64,000 nt of DNA, taken from a candidate division WOR-3 bacterium (GTDB lineage Bacteria > Hydrothermota > Tepidihabitantia > B3-TA06). The stretch lies in contig JAGMDF010000082.1 in the NCBI GenBank assembly GCA_023128825.1, forward strand, positions 8,626-72,625, given 5' to 3'. A program made the position numbers and the translations under genes. Positions 17,459 through 26,564 of this stretch are shown in pieces; within the stretch, counting starts at the first letter, position 1, and each line of letters begins with the position of its first letter. The notes below the pieces were generated by a model, which saw nothing but the letters and a program-made list of their open reading frames with translations, did not search any database and was not told where the DNA came from.

Positions 17459-17493
17459 TGTAGGGGTACGGCATGCCGTGCCCCTAGATTTTT
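17459..17493 (+). terminator. palindromic terminator element, copy 1 (TGTAGGGGTACGGCATGCCGTGCCCCTA then GATTTTTAT)
   Basis: 26-nt near-perfect palindrome (one G.U) followed by a T-run; identical 28-mer recurs at 19967..19994. Confidence 0.7.
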
Positions 17494-17672
17494 ATGCGGC
17501 TTTACCGGGAAGGAATCGTGTCTTGTCCAATTTGTGGGCGACCGAGTCGGTGTTCATAAAGAGCGCCGCTTATCACTCACTATGACTACGATGGTGGAAA
17601 CCACCTTGCTCGCCATGAGTCAGGGCATCGAGTATGGGTAATCGAAAGGCCGTCTGTTTTTATTAACTCATC

Positions 17673-17735
17673 TTGACATCACACATTTTTCTCCTATAAT
17701 TGAGTTATGTAATTAACTGACTAGTCAGTTAATTA
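17673..17735 (+). promoter_or_regulatory. consensus promoter (TTGACA-16-TATAAT) of the radical-SAM gene with a downstream perfect 26-bp palindromic operator TAATTAACTGACTAGTCAGTTAATTA
   Basis: -35 at 17673-17678, -10 at 17695-17700, palindrome at 17710-17735 covers the predicted TSS; TetR gene lies downstream. Confidence 0.65.
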
Positions 17736-17789
17736 TCGAAAAACGTTGCGGAGCTTTTATCTAAAGGAACTAAGGAAAGGAGACAAAAG

Positions 17790-19235
17790 ATGAATCCTCT
17801 TCAAAAAAGGTTGACCGCTCAAGCAATCAAGGCGGCAGTAAAAAACCCCGGCCTCGCCAGTACACTTCTAAAACCACTCAGGGCAAGAATCAAAAAGGGA
17901 ATTATGGATGCCCAACCCACGAACATACCCTACCTCACTGAAATAAAAACACAGTTTCTTGTGAATCTACTTGAGCAGTCTTTCAAAAACATCCAAAAGG
18001 GGTACTTTTCCACTGAGTATGCTGAAAGGGTACGCGAGACCTTTGTAATGAATGGGTTCCTCGACGAAAGGCGACCCAAAGTCCAGAAAAAGTACAAGGA
18101 TAAGTACGGAATAGAACCCCCCAGCTTCTGTTTGATCTCTCCCACCAAGCACTGCAACCTTAGATGCATAGGATGTTACGCGGCCTCGGAAGCAACTAGC
18201 GCAGCCACACTGGACTATGAGGTGTTCACCAAGCTGCTCCATGAGATGCGCGATCTGATCGGGTCGAACTTCATCGTGATCTCCGGCGGCGAGCCCTTTA
18301 TGTACAACTCCCAGGGCAAGACCCTGCTTGACGCCGTGGAAGAATTCTCCGACATGGTTTTCCTTGTTTACACCAACGGGACACTACTCACCGACGAAAC
18401 GGTGGAAAGGATGGCCGGACTGGGAAACATAACCCCGGCGATATCCGTTGAAGGCTACGAGAAAGAAACCGACGCAAGACGGGGAAAAGGCGTCTATGCG
18501 AAGATTATGGATTCAATGGAGAGGCTTAGACACCGCGGGGTTCCCTTCGGGACATCCGTTACCGCAACCAAGAACAACGTTGAAATCCTGCTGACCGACG
18601 AATTCTACGAGCACTACTTCGAGGAGCTGGGTGCGGTGTATATGTGGATGTTCCACCTGATGCCTATCGGAAGGGCCAGGGACACCATGGATCTGATGAT
18701 TTCTCCTGAGCAGCGCGTTGCGCTTTACAACCAGTGGGAAAGGATGCTCTTCGATAAGAAATACTTTGTCGGAGACTTCTGGAATAGTGGTGCGGCATCG
18801 GATGGCTGCATTGCCTATGGCAGAGAGAGGGGATACTTCTACGTCGACTGGAACGGGAACATCATGCCTTGCGGGTTCGTGCCATACTACAAAGACAATC
18901 TCTACGATCTTTACAGGGATGGTAAGTCAATCGCAGACGGGCTGATGTCGGATCTGTTTGTAAAGGGAAGGAACTGGCAGCACGAATACGGATACGGTCA
19001 ACTGAAGTTCTGTAATAATATACTTACCCCTTGCTCTATCCGCGACCACCACAAATACTTCAGGGAGAATATCCTGGACAACAGCGCGAAGCCTGAGGAT
19101 GAAAATGCAAAGGCAGCGCTCGAAGATCCTGAGTACTACGAGAGACTGGTGGAGTTCGATGAAGAACTTGAGAAGCTCACCCAACCCATCTGGCAGGAGC
19201 GCTACCTTAAAGACCTGAAACGAACCTCACGATGA
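17790..19235 (+). CDS. radical SAM / SPASM-domain protein with about 120-aa N-terminal extension
   Basis: 'CNLRCIGCYA' CxxxCxxC at residues about 122-129; C-terminal Cys-rich 'GCIAYG...NIMPCGFVP...KFCNNILTPCSIRD' SPASM-like auxiliary cluster region; AAGGAG SD. Confidence 0.8.
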   Translation: MNPLQKRLTAQAIKAAVKNPGLASTLLKPLRARIKKGIMDAQPTNIPYLTEIKTQFLVNLLEQSFKNIQKGYFSTEYAERVRETFVMNGFLDERRPKVQKKYKDKYGIEPPSFCLISPTKHCNLRCIGCYAASEATSAATLDYEVFTKLLHEMRDLIGSNFIVISGGEPFMYNSQGKTLLDAVEEFSDMVFLVYTNGTLLTDETVERMAGLGNITPAISVEGYEKETDARRGKGVYAKIMDSMERLRHRGVPFGTSVTATKNNVEILLTDEFYEHYFEELGAVYMWMFHLMPIGRARDTMDLMISPEQRVALYNQWERMLFDKKYFVGDFWNSGAASDGCIAYGRERGYFYVDWNGNIMPCGFVPYYKDNLYDLYRDGKSIADGLMSDLFVKGRNWQHEYGYGQLKFCNNILTPCSIRDHHKYFRENILDNSAKPEDENAKAALEDPEYYERLVEFDEELEKLTQPIWQERYLKDLKRTSR

Positions 19236-19271
19236 TGCCGCACCTCTATACAGTACAACCCGGGGGGCAGC

Positions 19272-19299
19272 TTGACAGAACTGCCTTTTCTACTATAAT
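19272..19299 (+). promoter_or_regulatory. consensus promoter (TTGACA-16-TATAAT) of the TetR gene, -35 flanked by inverted repeat GGCAG...CTGCC
   Basis: -35 at 19272-19277, -10 at 19294-19299, ATG at 19311. Confidence 0.6.
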
Positions 19300-19310
19300 G
19301 GCAGGTTATT

Positions 19311-19913
19311 ATGTCTGAACGTTCGCCAAGAAAACCAGGAGAGATGCGCCGCCGTGAGATCCTTTCCGCGGCAAGAGAACTCTTTTGCGAATACGGCTTC
19401 GATCAAGTCGGTATGGAGGATGTGGCGAAGAAGGTAGGAATCTCAAAAGCGGCAATCTACTTCTACTACAAGAGTAAGCTTGAGCTTTTCATAGCGATGA
19501 TTAAATCATCACTTGACCAACTAGTGTCGGATCTCAAGGCTGACCTTAAGGATGAATCGAAAAAAGGCATTAAAAACCGCCTTGATGCGGTACTCCACTC
19601 GCTCAGCCGGTATGTCCCTCTGATTTCAAGCATGCGCAGGCTTTTCGAAACCGGAGGAATTCCAGTCGTTCCTGCACGCCACATGACGCTCTTTACGAAA
19701 CGCATCACTCCCAGCATCGAGGAGGTAAAAGAGGTGCTGGCATCTGTTTTCTTCAGTGCACAGAAGACAGGTGAGGTAAGAAAAAATCTAACTCCCCAAA
19801 CGCTGGCAAATGTTTTTCTGGGGCTTGCGTCTTCGCTGGCTGGAATCGAGACGGGCTTCGCGACAGTGAGAGAGATTTTCCTTAAAGGAATCCTCGTAGA
19901 GGAGGCAGGGTAA
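19311..19913 (+). CDS. TetR/AcrR-family transcriptional regulator
   Basis: 'ILSAARELFCEYGFDQVGMEDVAKKVGISKAAIYFYYKSKLELF' TetR HTH. Confidence 0.85.
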   Translation: MSERSPRKPGEMRRREILSAARELFCEYGFDQVGMEDVAKKVGISKAAIYFYYKSKLELFIAMIKSSLDQLVSDLKADLKDESKKGIKNRLDAVLHSLSRYVPLISSMRRLFETGGIPVVPARHMTLFTKRITPSIEEVKEVLASVFFSAQKTGEVRKNLTPQTLANVFLGLASSLAGIETGFATVREIFLKGILVEEAG

Positions 19914-19966
19914 GAAAAAACCCAGGTGGGCGTTGCCGTCGTGAGCTTTGCGAAACCTTAAGATAT

Positions 19967-20000
19967 TGTAGGGGTACGGCATGCCGTGCCCCTACTTTTA
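19967..20000 (+). terminator. palindromic terminator element, copy 2 (identical 28-mer TGTAGGGGTACGGCATGCCGTGCCCCTA then CTTTTA)
   Basis: Identical to 17459..17486. Confidence 0.7.
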
Positions 20001-20051
20001 TTGCAACCACGCATCTTTAATCCAAGGGATCTTCCCATATAACGAGCAAGA

Positions 20052-20080
20052 TTGACTCGCCAAAGGATACTCATTATAAT
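20052..20080 (+). promoter_or_regulatory. promoter TTGACT-17-TATAAT, 8 nt before the ATG of the 20089 gene (near-leaderless)
   Basis: -35 at 20052-20057, -10 at 20075-20080. Confidence 0.55.
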
Positions 20081-20088
20081 GTACGTCC

Positions 20089-21720
20089 ATGGTCAAGATC
20101 AAGCTGGGACGAAGTGCGGTGCGTGAAGTAAAAGAAGGCACCCCTATATCGAAGCTGATCCCTGCGGGTCAGCCCATCATCGCGGCCAAGCTGGAGGGTG
20201 AGCTGGTCGGACTCAACACCTCGCTTACCAAGGACGCGAAGATCGAGTTCGTTCTCGCCACCGATCCCGAAGGCCTGAAGATTCATCAGGAGAGTCTTAT
20301 CTTTGTCCTCACCATGGCCGCCAAACGCGCCTTTCCCGAAGCGAGGCTGGTGGTTGAACATTCAACCTCTAAGGGCTTCTACTGCACCCTAAGAATGGAG
20401 CGTATCATGGAGAAGCGCGACGTTGAGCTTCTTGAGGCTGAGATGCTCGGGCTTCTGGCCGACGATCTGCCCGTCACCATGCGGGAGGTGGATCGGAAGG
20501 AGGCAACCGCCATCTGTAAACGCAACAACAACACCTCAAAGCTGGCGTTATTGGAGTACGCGGATAAGGACGAGTACATTATCCACCGGTGCGGCGATTT
20601 CGCCGACTGGGCAAGAGGGCCGTTGGTTCCTTCAACCGGCTCCTTGTGCGCGTTTGAGCTTCTGCACTATCCACCCGGCTTTATTCTGCGCTACCCCACA
20701 CCTGAATCGTTCCCTGAGCTTCCCACCTTCGTGGAGCAGCCAAAACTCTTCCTTATCTTCCATCACTACGAGCGGTGGAGTGAAGCCTTGGGTATCTCCG
20801 ATATCGGCCACCTCAACCGTCTCATAAGGGAAGATAAAGGCCTTGAATTGGTCAACGTTGCCGAGGCTTTGCACGAGAAGGCCATCGCCCGAATTGCAGA
20901 CCGCATCGCCGCCACCACCATACTCCCCCGCATCGTGCTCATCGCCGGCCCCTCATCTGCCGGGAAAACAACCTTTTCCAAACGACTGGCGGTGCATCTG
21001 CGGGTTAACGGTCTGCGACCCCTGCCGTTGTCGGTGGACGACTACTTCTTCGACCGCTCCAGTACCCCGCTTGACGAGGAGGAAAAGCCCGATTTCGAGG
21101 GAATCGACGCCATTGATTTGGAGTTCTTCAACCAGCAGTTGGTGCTCCTTCTGGAAGGCAAAAGGGTGGATAGACCCCGCTTCGATTTCGAGAGAGGCAG
21201 GCGCTGTTTCGACGGCACCACCATGATCCTGAAGCCAAACGAGATACTTATCGTGGAGGGAATCCACGCGCTCAACCCGCGCCTGACTTCTGCCGTACCC
21301 AAACATCTCAAGTTCAAGATATACGTATCCGCGCTGACCCAGCTCAACTACCACGACCAGCGCATCGTTTCCACCTCTGACACCAGGATGCTGAGACGAA
21401 TGCTGCGCGACTACTCCTACCGCGCTCATACACCCACCAGAACCATGAAGCGGTGGGCTAAGGTGCGCAGGGGCGAGGAGCGCAACGTCTTCCCTTACCA
21501 GGAGTCGGCGGATGAGATGTTTAACTCGGCTCTTATCTATGAACTTGCAGTGATGCGCAACAGGGCAATGAAACTTCTGCGCACTGTCCGAAGCAAGGGC
21601 CTGCGCTCGGAGGCCGAACGCATGATCTCCCTCTTGGAACTGGTCACCCCTATGGACGACGGCGCGGTACCACCTGCATCCATCCTCCGCGAGTTCATCG
21701 GAGGAAGCGTCTTCCGGTAG
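20089..21720 (+). CDS. uridine kinase / phosphoribulokinase-family P-loop kinase with N-terminal TGS domain
   Basis: N-terminal 'MVKIKLGRSAVREVKEGTPISKL' TGS-like; 'LIAGPSSAGKTTFSKRLAVHL' Walker A with PRK/UDK-type downstream motifs. Confidence 0.6.
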   Translation: MVKIKLGRSAVREVKEGTPISKLIPAGQPIIAAKLEGELVGLNTSLTKDAKIEFVLATDPEGLKIHQESLIFVLTMAAKRAFPEARLVVEHSTSKGFYCTLRMERIMEKRDVELLEAEMLGLLADDLPVTMREVDRKEATAICKRNNNTSKLALLEYADKDEYIIHRCGDFADWARGPLVPSTGSLCAFELLHYPPGFILRYPTPESFPELPTFVEQPKLFLIFHHYERWSEALGISDIGHLNRLIREDKGLELVNVAEALHEKAIARIADRIAATTILPRIVLIAGPSSAGKTTFSKRLAVHLRVNGLRPLPLSVDDYFFDRSSTPLDEEEKPDFEGIDAIDLEFFNQQLVLLLEGKRVDRPRFDFERGRRCFDGTTMILKPNEILIVEGIHALNPRLTSAVPKHLKFKIYVSALTQLNYHDQRIVSTSDTRMLRRMLRDYSYRAHTPTRTMKRWAKVRRGEERNVFPYQESADEMFNSALIYELAVMRNRAMKLLRTVRSKGLRSEAERMISLLELVTPMDDGAVPPASILREFIGGSVFR

Positions 21721-21866
21721 GAAAACAAAAACAAATCCTCCCGCTCTAAGAGCAACTCGAAGACAAAGCACACCCATTAACTAATTGATCCCCCCTCCTG
21801 GGAAGCGAAAAATCGAAAACTAAGATATGCAGCTCAGCTGAAAGGGTGATCTTGCATTCTACTCCC

Positions 21867-21906
21867 CTGCGATCCTTTGCCCGTGGGGCAAGGAGCATTT
21901 ATTTCG
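21867..21906 (+). repeat. family-1 hairpin repeat, copy 1 (CTGCGATC-CTTTGCCC-GTG-GGGCAAGG-AGCATTTATTT), acts as terminator
   Basis: Conserved flanks CTGCGAYC / GGAGCAT with a variable complementary stem; T-rich tail; see the family-1 finding. Confidence 0.65.
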
Positions 21907-21929
21907 GAGCCATCGACTGAGGTGGATGT

Positions 21930-21957
21930 TTGACTTCCAATTGTTTCGCACTATAAT
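21930..21957 (+). promoter_or_regulatory. rpmH promoter (TTGACT-16-TATAAT)
   Basis: -35 at 21930-21935, -10 at 21952-21957. Confidence 0.6.
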
Positions 21958-21989
21958 CTTAATCGCAGTCTGGCGAAAGGAGAATGTTC

Positions 21990-22127
21990 ATGCCGAAAAG
22001 AACTTATCAACCAAGCAACCTCAAGCGTAAACGCACACATGGCTTTCGTAAACGTAACTCAACCCCTACAGGTAGAGCAATACTGAAGCGTCGCCGTGCC
22101 AAGGGGCGCAAACGCTTATCGGCATAG
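21990..22127 (+). CDS. rpmH: 50S ribosomal protein L34
   Basis: '[45 protein letters not shown]'; GGAG SD. Confidence 0.9.
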   Translation: MPKRTYQPSNLKRKRTHGFRKRNSTPTGRAILKRRRAKGRKRLSA

Positions 22128-22129
22128 GG

Positions 22130-22477
22130 TTGAAGTTGAATACCGTTCGCTCTGAAAATCTGCCGCGCTCTGAGATTCTTCGTGGTGATAGAAATATAAG
22201 GGCCGTATTGGCCGCCCCGCCGGTATCCAGCGGAGCCCTCATGGCTCATTTCATTGAGGAACCACGCCGCAGGGTGGCGTTCTTTGTCCCGAGAACTATC
22301 GGAAAGGCGGTGGTTCGAAATCGTTGTAAGCGGCGCATGCGTGAAATATACAGACGAATGAAGAGAAAATTCCCGGAGGGCAAAATCATTTTCAGGTTAA
22401 AAAATGAGGTTAATCAAGTTGAGCTTGGTCGGTCCTTTTCTCTATGCGCCCAAAAACTGAGAGGCATGGGTGCGTAA
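22130..22477 (+). CDS. rnpA: ribonuclease P protein component
   Basis: '[18 protein letters not shown]' RnpA signature; TTG start directly after rpmH. Confidence 0.8.
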   Translation: MKLNTVRSENLPRSEILRGDRNIRAVLAAPPVSSGALMAHFIEEPRRRVAFFVPRTIGKAVVRNRCKRRMREIYRRMKRKFPEGKIIFRLKNEVNQVELGRSFSLCAQKLRGMGA

Positions 22478-22676
22478 GTTATTTATCTGGATCATTCGTG
22501 CGTATCAGATCGTATTTGCAGGAGCACCGCGTAGTTGCCGCTTCGAGCCCACATGTTCGCAGTACGCGGTCGAAGCGATCGAGCGCTACGGTGTGTTGAG
22601 AGGAATTGTTAAAGCCGCCTGGAGGGTTTTGCGCTGCAATCCCTGGAATCCGGGTGGATACGATCCTGTGAGGTAA
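22470..22676 (+). CDS. yidD: membrane protein insertion efficiency factor YidD
   Basis: '[37 protein letters not shown]' YidD signature; GTG start overlaps the rnpA end. Confidence 0.85.
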   Translation: MRKLFIWIIRAYQIVFAGAPRSCRFEPTCSQYAVEAIERYGVLRGIVKAAWRVLRCNPWNPGGYDPVR

Positions 22677-22678
22677 AT

Positions 22679-24403
22679 GTGAGCGACGGACAACAGCAAA
22701 GAGGAGGTATCTGGTCAACGATCCTGGTGGTGGTGCTGGTCGCGGGAATGCTGCTTATATTTAACTTTTTAAGGAAAGACTCCGGTGGCGGATGTATGGG
22801 TGAGCCGGCAGCTGAAAAATCAACGTCTGCTGCGGTTGGGATGCCCACCAAAGAACCTACCACTGGCAGGGGATCGGAGGAGCGAGCACAGGAGGGACCT
22901 GAAGCGGATTCAATAACCCTTGAGAACGAATATCTCAAGCTCTCATTCCTGGCCTGGCCGTATCATCCCGGCTTTAGAATCACGATGGCGGAACTCAAAG
23001 ATTTCACCCGGAAGAAAGAAGCCACAAGCACTGAACGAATACCGGTCAATCTGCTTGAAGAGTCGGGTTTTGAGATTCTCGGCAAGATGGACTCAAGCCT
23101 TTCGGCCCTCAAACTCGCCGATCGCAGCGACACCTCGGTGACCTTCGTATGGGAAGATACACTGGGTGAGGAGAGATACATTGCAGTGGTTTTGACTGGT
23201 TACGAGCTGCACATTCTCCACTCCGATTCTCTTGAGCCGCTCCTTTTCCACTGCGCAGCAGGGCTTGTGCCTACCGAGCCGGGCGATAAAACTGAACTTA
23301 CCCTTTATCAGCTTTACTATCGTGACGGGGAGAAGAAGGTTCAATACCTTAACGCCAAGCGGATCGGCCAACTAAAGAAAGGCAACCGCGAGATCGAGCC
23401 CGGCCCTTACGAATGGGTGGCGCTTCGTTCCAAGTACTTTACCGCAATCATATTGCCATCAGAACCTGTGGTTGGAAAGATAATCCCCAGCGCAACCAAG
23501 AAGCAACGTATCGGTCTCTCATTCGACATTGAAGGAGGCCGCGAGTTCAGGCTTTACTTCGGTCCCCAGGATTACGAGATCCTGGCAAAGATGGGGCACA
23601 AACTGAGCCGGATTGTTGAACTGGGGGGGTCTGCATTTCGCTGGCTGGGTGTCATCATGCTCAAGATATTCCAGTTCTTTTACCGCATCATCGGCAACTA
23701 TGGAATAGCAATAATTGTATTCTCGATACTTATCAAGCTCGTCTTCCTGCCGCTTTCCCAGGTTCAGCAGCGTTCGATGCAGAAGATGCAGATGCTGCAG
23801 CCCAAGCTCAAGGAACTGCAGGAGCGCTTCAAGGACGATAAGCAACGCCTGAACGAGGAAACCATGAAGCTGTACAAACTTCATGGGGCATCACCGTTCA
23901 AGGGCTGCCTGCCCATGCTTATCCAGCTGCCTGTATTCTTCGGGCTTTACGCGGTGCTGCGCAACGCCATTAGCTTGCGCGGCGCACCGTTTGTCAAGCT
24001 GTTCACGGTAACTATTGTCAAGAACCCCGAAAAGGCCATCAACATCTTTAACTTCATTAGAATCCCCGCCGGCGAATTAACCTGGCTGGCGGATCTGTCC
24101 CAGCACGACCCATTCTACATACTCCCCATTCTCATGGGCGTAGCCTCTGTATTCCAGAGTCTGATGACCAACCCCAATCCACAGCAACGCCTGATGACCT
24201 TCATGATGCCGATTTTTATTACTGTAATCTTCCTTAACTTCCCTTCAGGATTACAGCTATACTGGTTTCTTTTCAATCTCCTCTCCATACTGGAGTTTGC
24301 GATTTTCAGGAGAGGAATGAAAGCTGGAGGAGATCAATGGCAGAGCAAGAGGCCCAAAGAGATAGCTTCGGCGAGGAGCTTGCCGAAATCCTCTCGCAGA
24401 TAG
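22679..24403 (+). CDS. yidC: membrane protein insertase YidC
   Basis: 'QMLQPKLKELQERFKDDKQRLNEETMKLYKLHGASPFKGCLPMLIQLPVFFGLY' 60-kDa inner-membrane protein core. Confidence 0.9.
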   Translation: MSDGQQQRGGIWSTILVVVLVAGMLLIFNFLRKDSGGGCMGEPAAEKSTSAAVGMPTKEPTTGRGSEERAQEGPEADSITLENEYLKLSFLAWPYHPGFRITMAELKDFTRKKEATSTERIPVNLLEESGFEILGKMDSSLSALKLADRSDTSVTFVWEDTLGEERYIAVVLTGYELHILHSDSLEPLLFHCAAGLVPTEPGDKTELTLYQLYYRDGEKKVQYLNAKRIGQLKKGNREIEPGPYEWVALRSKYFTAIILPSEPVVGKIIPSATKKQRIGLSFDIEGGREFRLYFGPQDYEILAKMGHKLSRIVELGGSAFRWLGVIMLKIFQFFYRIIGNYGIAIIVFSILIKLVFLPLSQVQQRSMQKMQMLQPKLKELQERFKDDKQRLNEETMKLYKLHGASPFKGCLPMLIQLPVFFGLYAVLRNAISLRGAPFVKLFTVTIVKNPEKAINIFNFIRIPAGELTWLADLSQHDPFYILPILMGVASVFQSLMTNPNPQQRLMTFMMPIFITVIFLNFPSGLQLYWFLFNLLSILEFAIFRRGMKAGGDQWQSKRPKEIASARSLPKSSRR

Positions 24404-24822
24404 TCTCGCTTGCCGGTTTCCGCGCGCGCATAGAATGGCGTAAGCGCGACGATAGCGAATACTACGTCAACGCCCGTACGCGACGCTGGGATGGTCTGCT
24501 CATAGGCCGGGCGGGGGAAAACCTGAGAGCGCTTCAGCTCCTGGTGCACTCGATACTGCAGCACCGTCACGCGAAGATGCCCGCTGTTATAGTTGATGTG
24601 GGTAACTACAAGCAGCGACGCGAAAACTTCCTTCGAAAGAAATCCATGGCCATAGCCAAGGTAGTAAAGGAAACAGGCCGTGAGATGATGCTTGATCCAT
24701 TGACCGACAAGGAACGCAAACTGGTGGAGCAGACCCTGGCCGGTATAGACGGTGTGCGTTCCTATACCATAGGCACCGGCTACCGAAAGAACGTAATCAT
24801 AGCACTTATTGATGTTTCTTGA
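24337..24822 (+). CDS. jag: Jag/KhpB-like RNA-binding protein (KH + R3H domains)
   Basis: Position after yidC; 'DVGNYKQRREN...' and R3H-like 'DPLTDKERKLVEQTLAGIDGVRSYTIGTGYRKNVII'. Confidence 0.7.
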   Translation: MAEQEAQRDSFGEELAEILSQIVSLAGFRARIEWRKRDDSEYYVNARTRRWDGLLIGRAGENLRALQLLVHSILQHRHAKMPAVIVDVGNYKQRRENFLRKKSMAIAKVVKETGREMMLDPLTDKERKLVEQTLAGIDGVRSYTIGTGYRKNVIIALIDVS

Positions 24823-26146
24823 ACGCCTCCAGGATGTTATAGTTGCCCCAGCTACCCCTGGTGGCCGCAGCGCTTTGGCATTAGTGCGGGTCTCAGGCCC
24901 TCAGACGTTAAGGATGTGTGATCAGGTTTTCAGGGGGCGTAAGCCTTTGAGCGGGGCACGTGGGCATCAGGTGCTCACGGGATTCATAGTCGAGGGAGAA
25001 GAGATTATAGATGAGGCCCTGGCTGCTGTTTACCGATCGCCTCACAGCTACACTACCGAGGATCTGGTCGAGTTTTCGGTTCACGGCAACCCGCTTATAG
25101 TGGATCGTGTGACCGATCTTTTGATTGGGATAGGCGCCCGTCTGGCTCGTCCCGGGGAGTTCACCGAGCGGGCTTTTCTTCACGGCAGGCTGGATGTAAC
25201 CCAGGCTGAAGCGGTGCTTGCTACAATCCAGGCCCGAACCATGAAAGGTGTCAAGGCCGCACTGGCGCAACTGCGTGGGGGTCTTACAAAGGAACTGAAG
25301 GGTCTTTCAGACCGGGTGCGCTGGCTTGTAGCCCTTATTGAAGCTCAACTTGAGTTCCCTGAAGAAGACATCCCCGAGGAATCCCTTGCACCCATGTTGG
25401 AGGGAGCTATCGCGGACACCGAGAAGTTAAGGCAGGCGTTTCGCCGCGGGCGCAGCCAGCGCAAGGGCCTGGCGGTCATGATTCTCGGACGCCCCAATGT
25501 CGGCAAATCCACCCTCTTCAATGCCCTCTTGGACGAGGAACGTTCCATCGTAACACCCGTACCTGGAACAACGAGGGATCTGGTAACCGGAATCCTGCGT
25601 TTCTCAACAGGTCAGGTTCGCCTCTTCGACGGCGCAGGAATCGGAATTGCAGAATCGCTTCCCGACCGGATCGCAGTCAGGCGGGCAGTGGGAGCGGCCA
25701 ATCGTGCGGATTTTCTTCTGGTTATGCTTGATGCAACCTCAGGATTTGTCCCGGCCGACACCGAACTCCTAAAGCTCTTGAGGGAAAAACCCGGCATGAT
25801 CGTATGGAACAAGATAGACGCCGTGAAGGAGATCCCTTCCTTAGAAAACGTCGCCGGCGAGCCTGTAGCGGTCTCGGCATTGAAGAGAAAGAATCTCTCC
25901 CCTCTCCTGGATCGGTTAAAAGAAGAAGCCTCAAGCCAGGGAGAGACGTTCTTTGCCAACCGCTTTCAGGAAGAGTGCCTGGAGCGCCTGGCCGTGCATC
26001 TGCGGGCCGCTTTGGACGCGCAGTATCTGGATATGAGGGCAAAGGAACTGCGCGAGGCCATTGCCGATTTCGCAGGAACGGGCCGCCCGGCTCTTAACCA
26101 AAGCATACTTGAAGAGATCTTTTCGCGCTTCTGCGTAGGAAAGTAG
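24809..26146 (+). CDS. mnmE: tRNA modification GTPase MnmE (TrmE)
   Basis: N-terminal 'IVAPATPGGRSALALVRVSG', G-domain 'GRPNVGKSTLFNALL', C-terminal 'CVGK' motif. Confidence 0.9.
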   Translation: MMFLERLQDVIVAPATPGGRSALALVRVSGPQTLRMCDQVFRGRKPLSGARGHQVLTGFIVEGEEIIDEALAAVYRSPHSYTTEDLVEFSVHGNPLIVDRVTDLLIGIGARLARPGEFTERAFLHGRLDVTQAEAVLATIQARTMKGVKAALAQLRGGLTKELKGLSDRVRWLVALIEAQLEFPEEDIPEESLAPMLEGAIADTEKLRQAFRRGRSQRKGLAVMILGRPNVGKSTLFNALLDEERSIVTPVPGTTRDLVTGILRFSTGQVRLFDGAGIGIAESLPDRIAVRRAVGAANRADFLLVMLDATSGFVPADTELLKLLREKPGMIVWNKIDAVKEIPSLENVAGEPVAVSALKRKNLSPLLDRLKEEASSQGETFFANRFQEECLERLAVHLRAALDAQYLDMRAKELREAIADFAGTGRPALNQSILEEIFSRFCVGK

Positions 26147-26159
26147 GAGGTTATCTAAA

Positions 26160-26564
26160 GTGTATAGACGTTTGCTTTGCTATGTCGAGGCAGGCGAAAC
26201 CCGCCTCGAAGAACTGGAGGGGGTGTTGGATCTGGCTTCCCAACTGCAAAGCCGATTAATAGTATTGGCGGTCTTGCCCGAAGAATCGCCAGATCCATCG
26301 AAGGAAGAGAAGCAAGAACGGGATATTCTCGAAGACAGAACATGGAATTTCCTCTACGAGATCGAGGACGTGGCGTTCGGAAGGGAACTTAAGATCTCAC
26401 TGATGCTCGAGGAAGGCAAACCGGAAGAAACCATCGCCTCGGTGGTCAAGAGCTACGAGGTGGACCTATGCGCCACCTTCCTTTATAAAGGACTTGATGC
26501 CGAGCTTCTTTTGCAAAAACTTGGCTCAACTCCCCTGCTTTTTTTCAACCAGGAGGGACGATGA
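26160..26564 (+). CDS. hypothetical protein (134 aa), possibly universal-stress-like alpha/beta fold
   Basis: Translationally coupled to downstream ptsN-like gene; weak 'RLIVLAVLPEE' resemblance only. Confidence 0.4.
   Translation: MYRRLLCYVEAGETRLEELEGVLDLASQLQSRLIVLAVLPEESPDPSKEEKQERDILEDRTWNFLYEIEDVAFGRELKISLMLEEGKPEETIASVVKSYEVDLCATFLYKGLDAELLLQKLGSTPLLFFNQEGR

Noticed and set aside
17583-17642. 19-aa ORF (MTTMVETTLLAMSQGIEYG) as a candidate RiPP precursor for the radical-SAM enzyme
   Set aside because: It has no SD, lies upstream of the rSAM promoter and is not Cys/Gly/Ser-rich. It is probably a chance ORF.
20953-21777. 274-aa minus-strand ORF overlapping the kinase gene, plus similar long antisense ORFs at 30028..30948, 35751..36464, 47088..47498, 48119..48607, 54371..55102 and 55172..55813
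   Set aside because: All lie fully inside well-supported sense-strand genes. They have Arg/Gly/Ala-rich low-complexity translations and no ribosome-binding sites. They are GC-rich frame artefacts.
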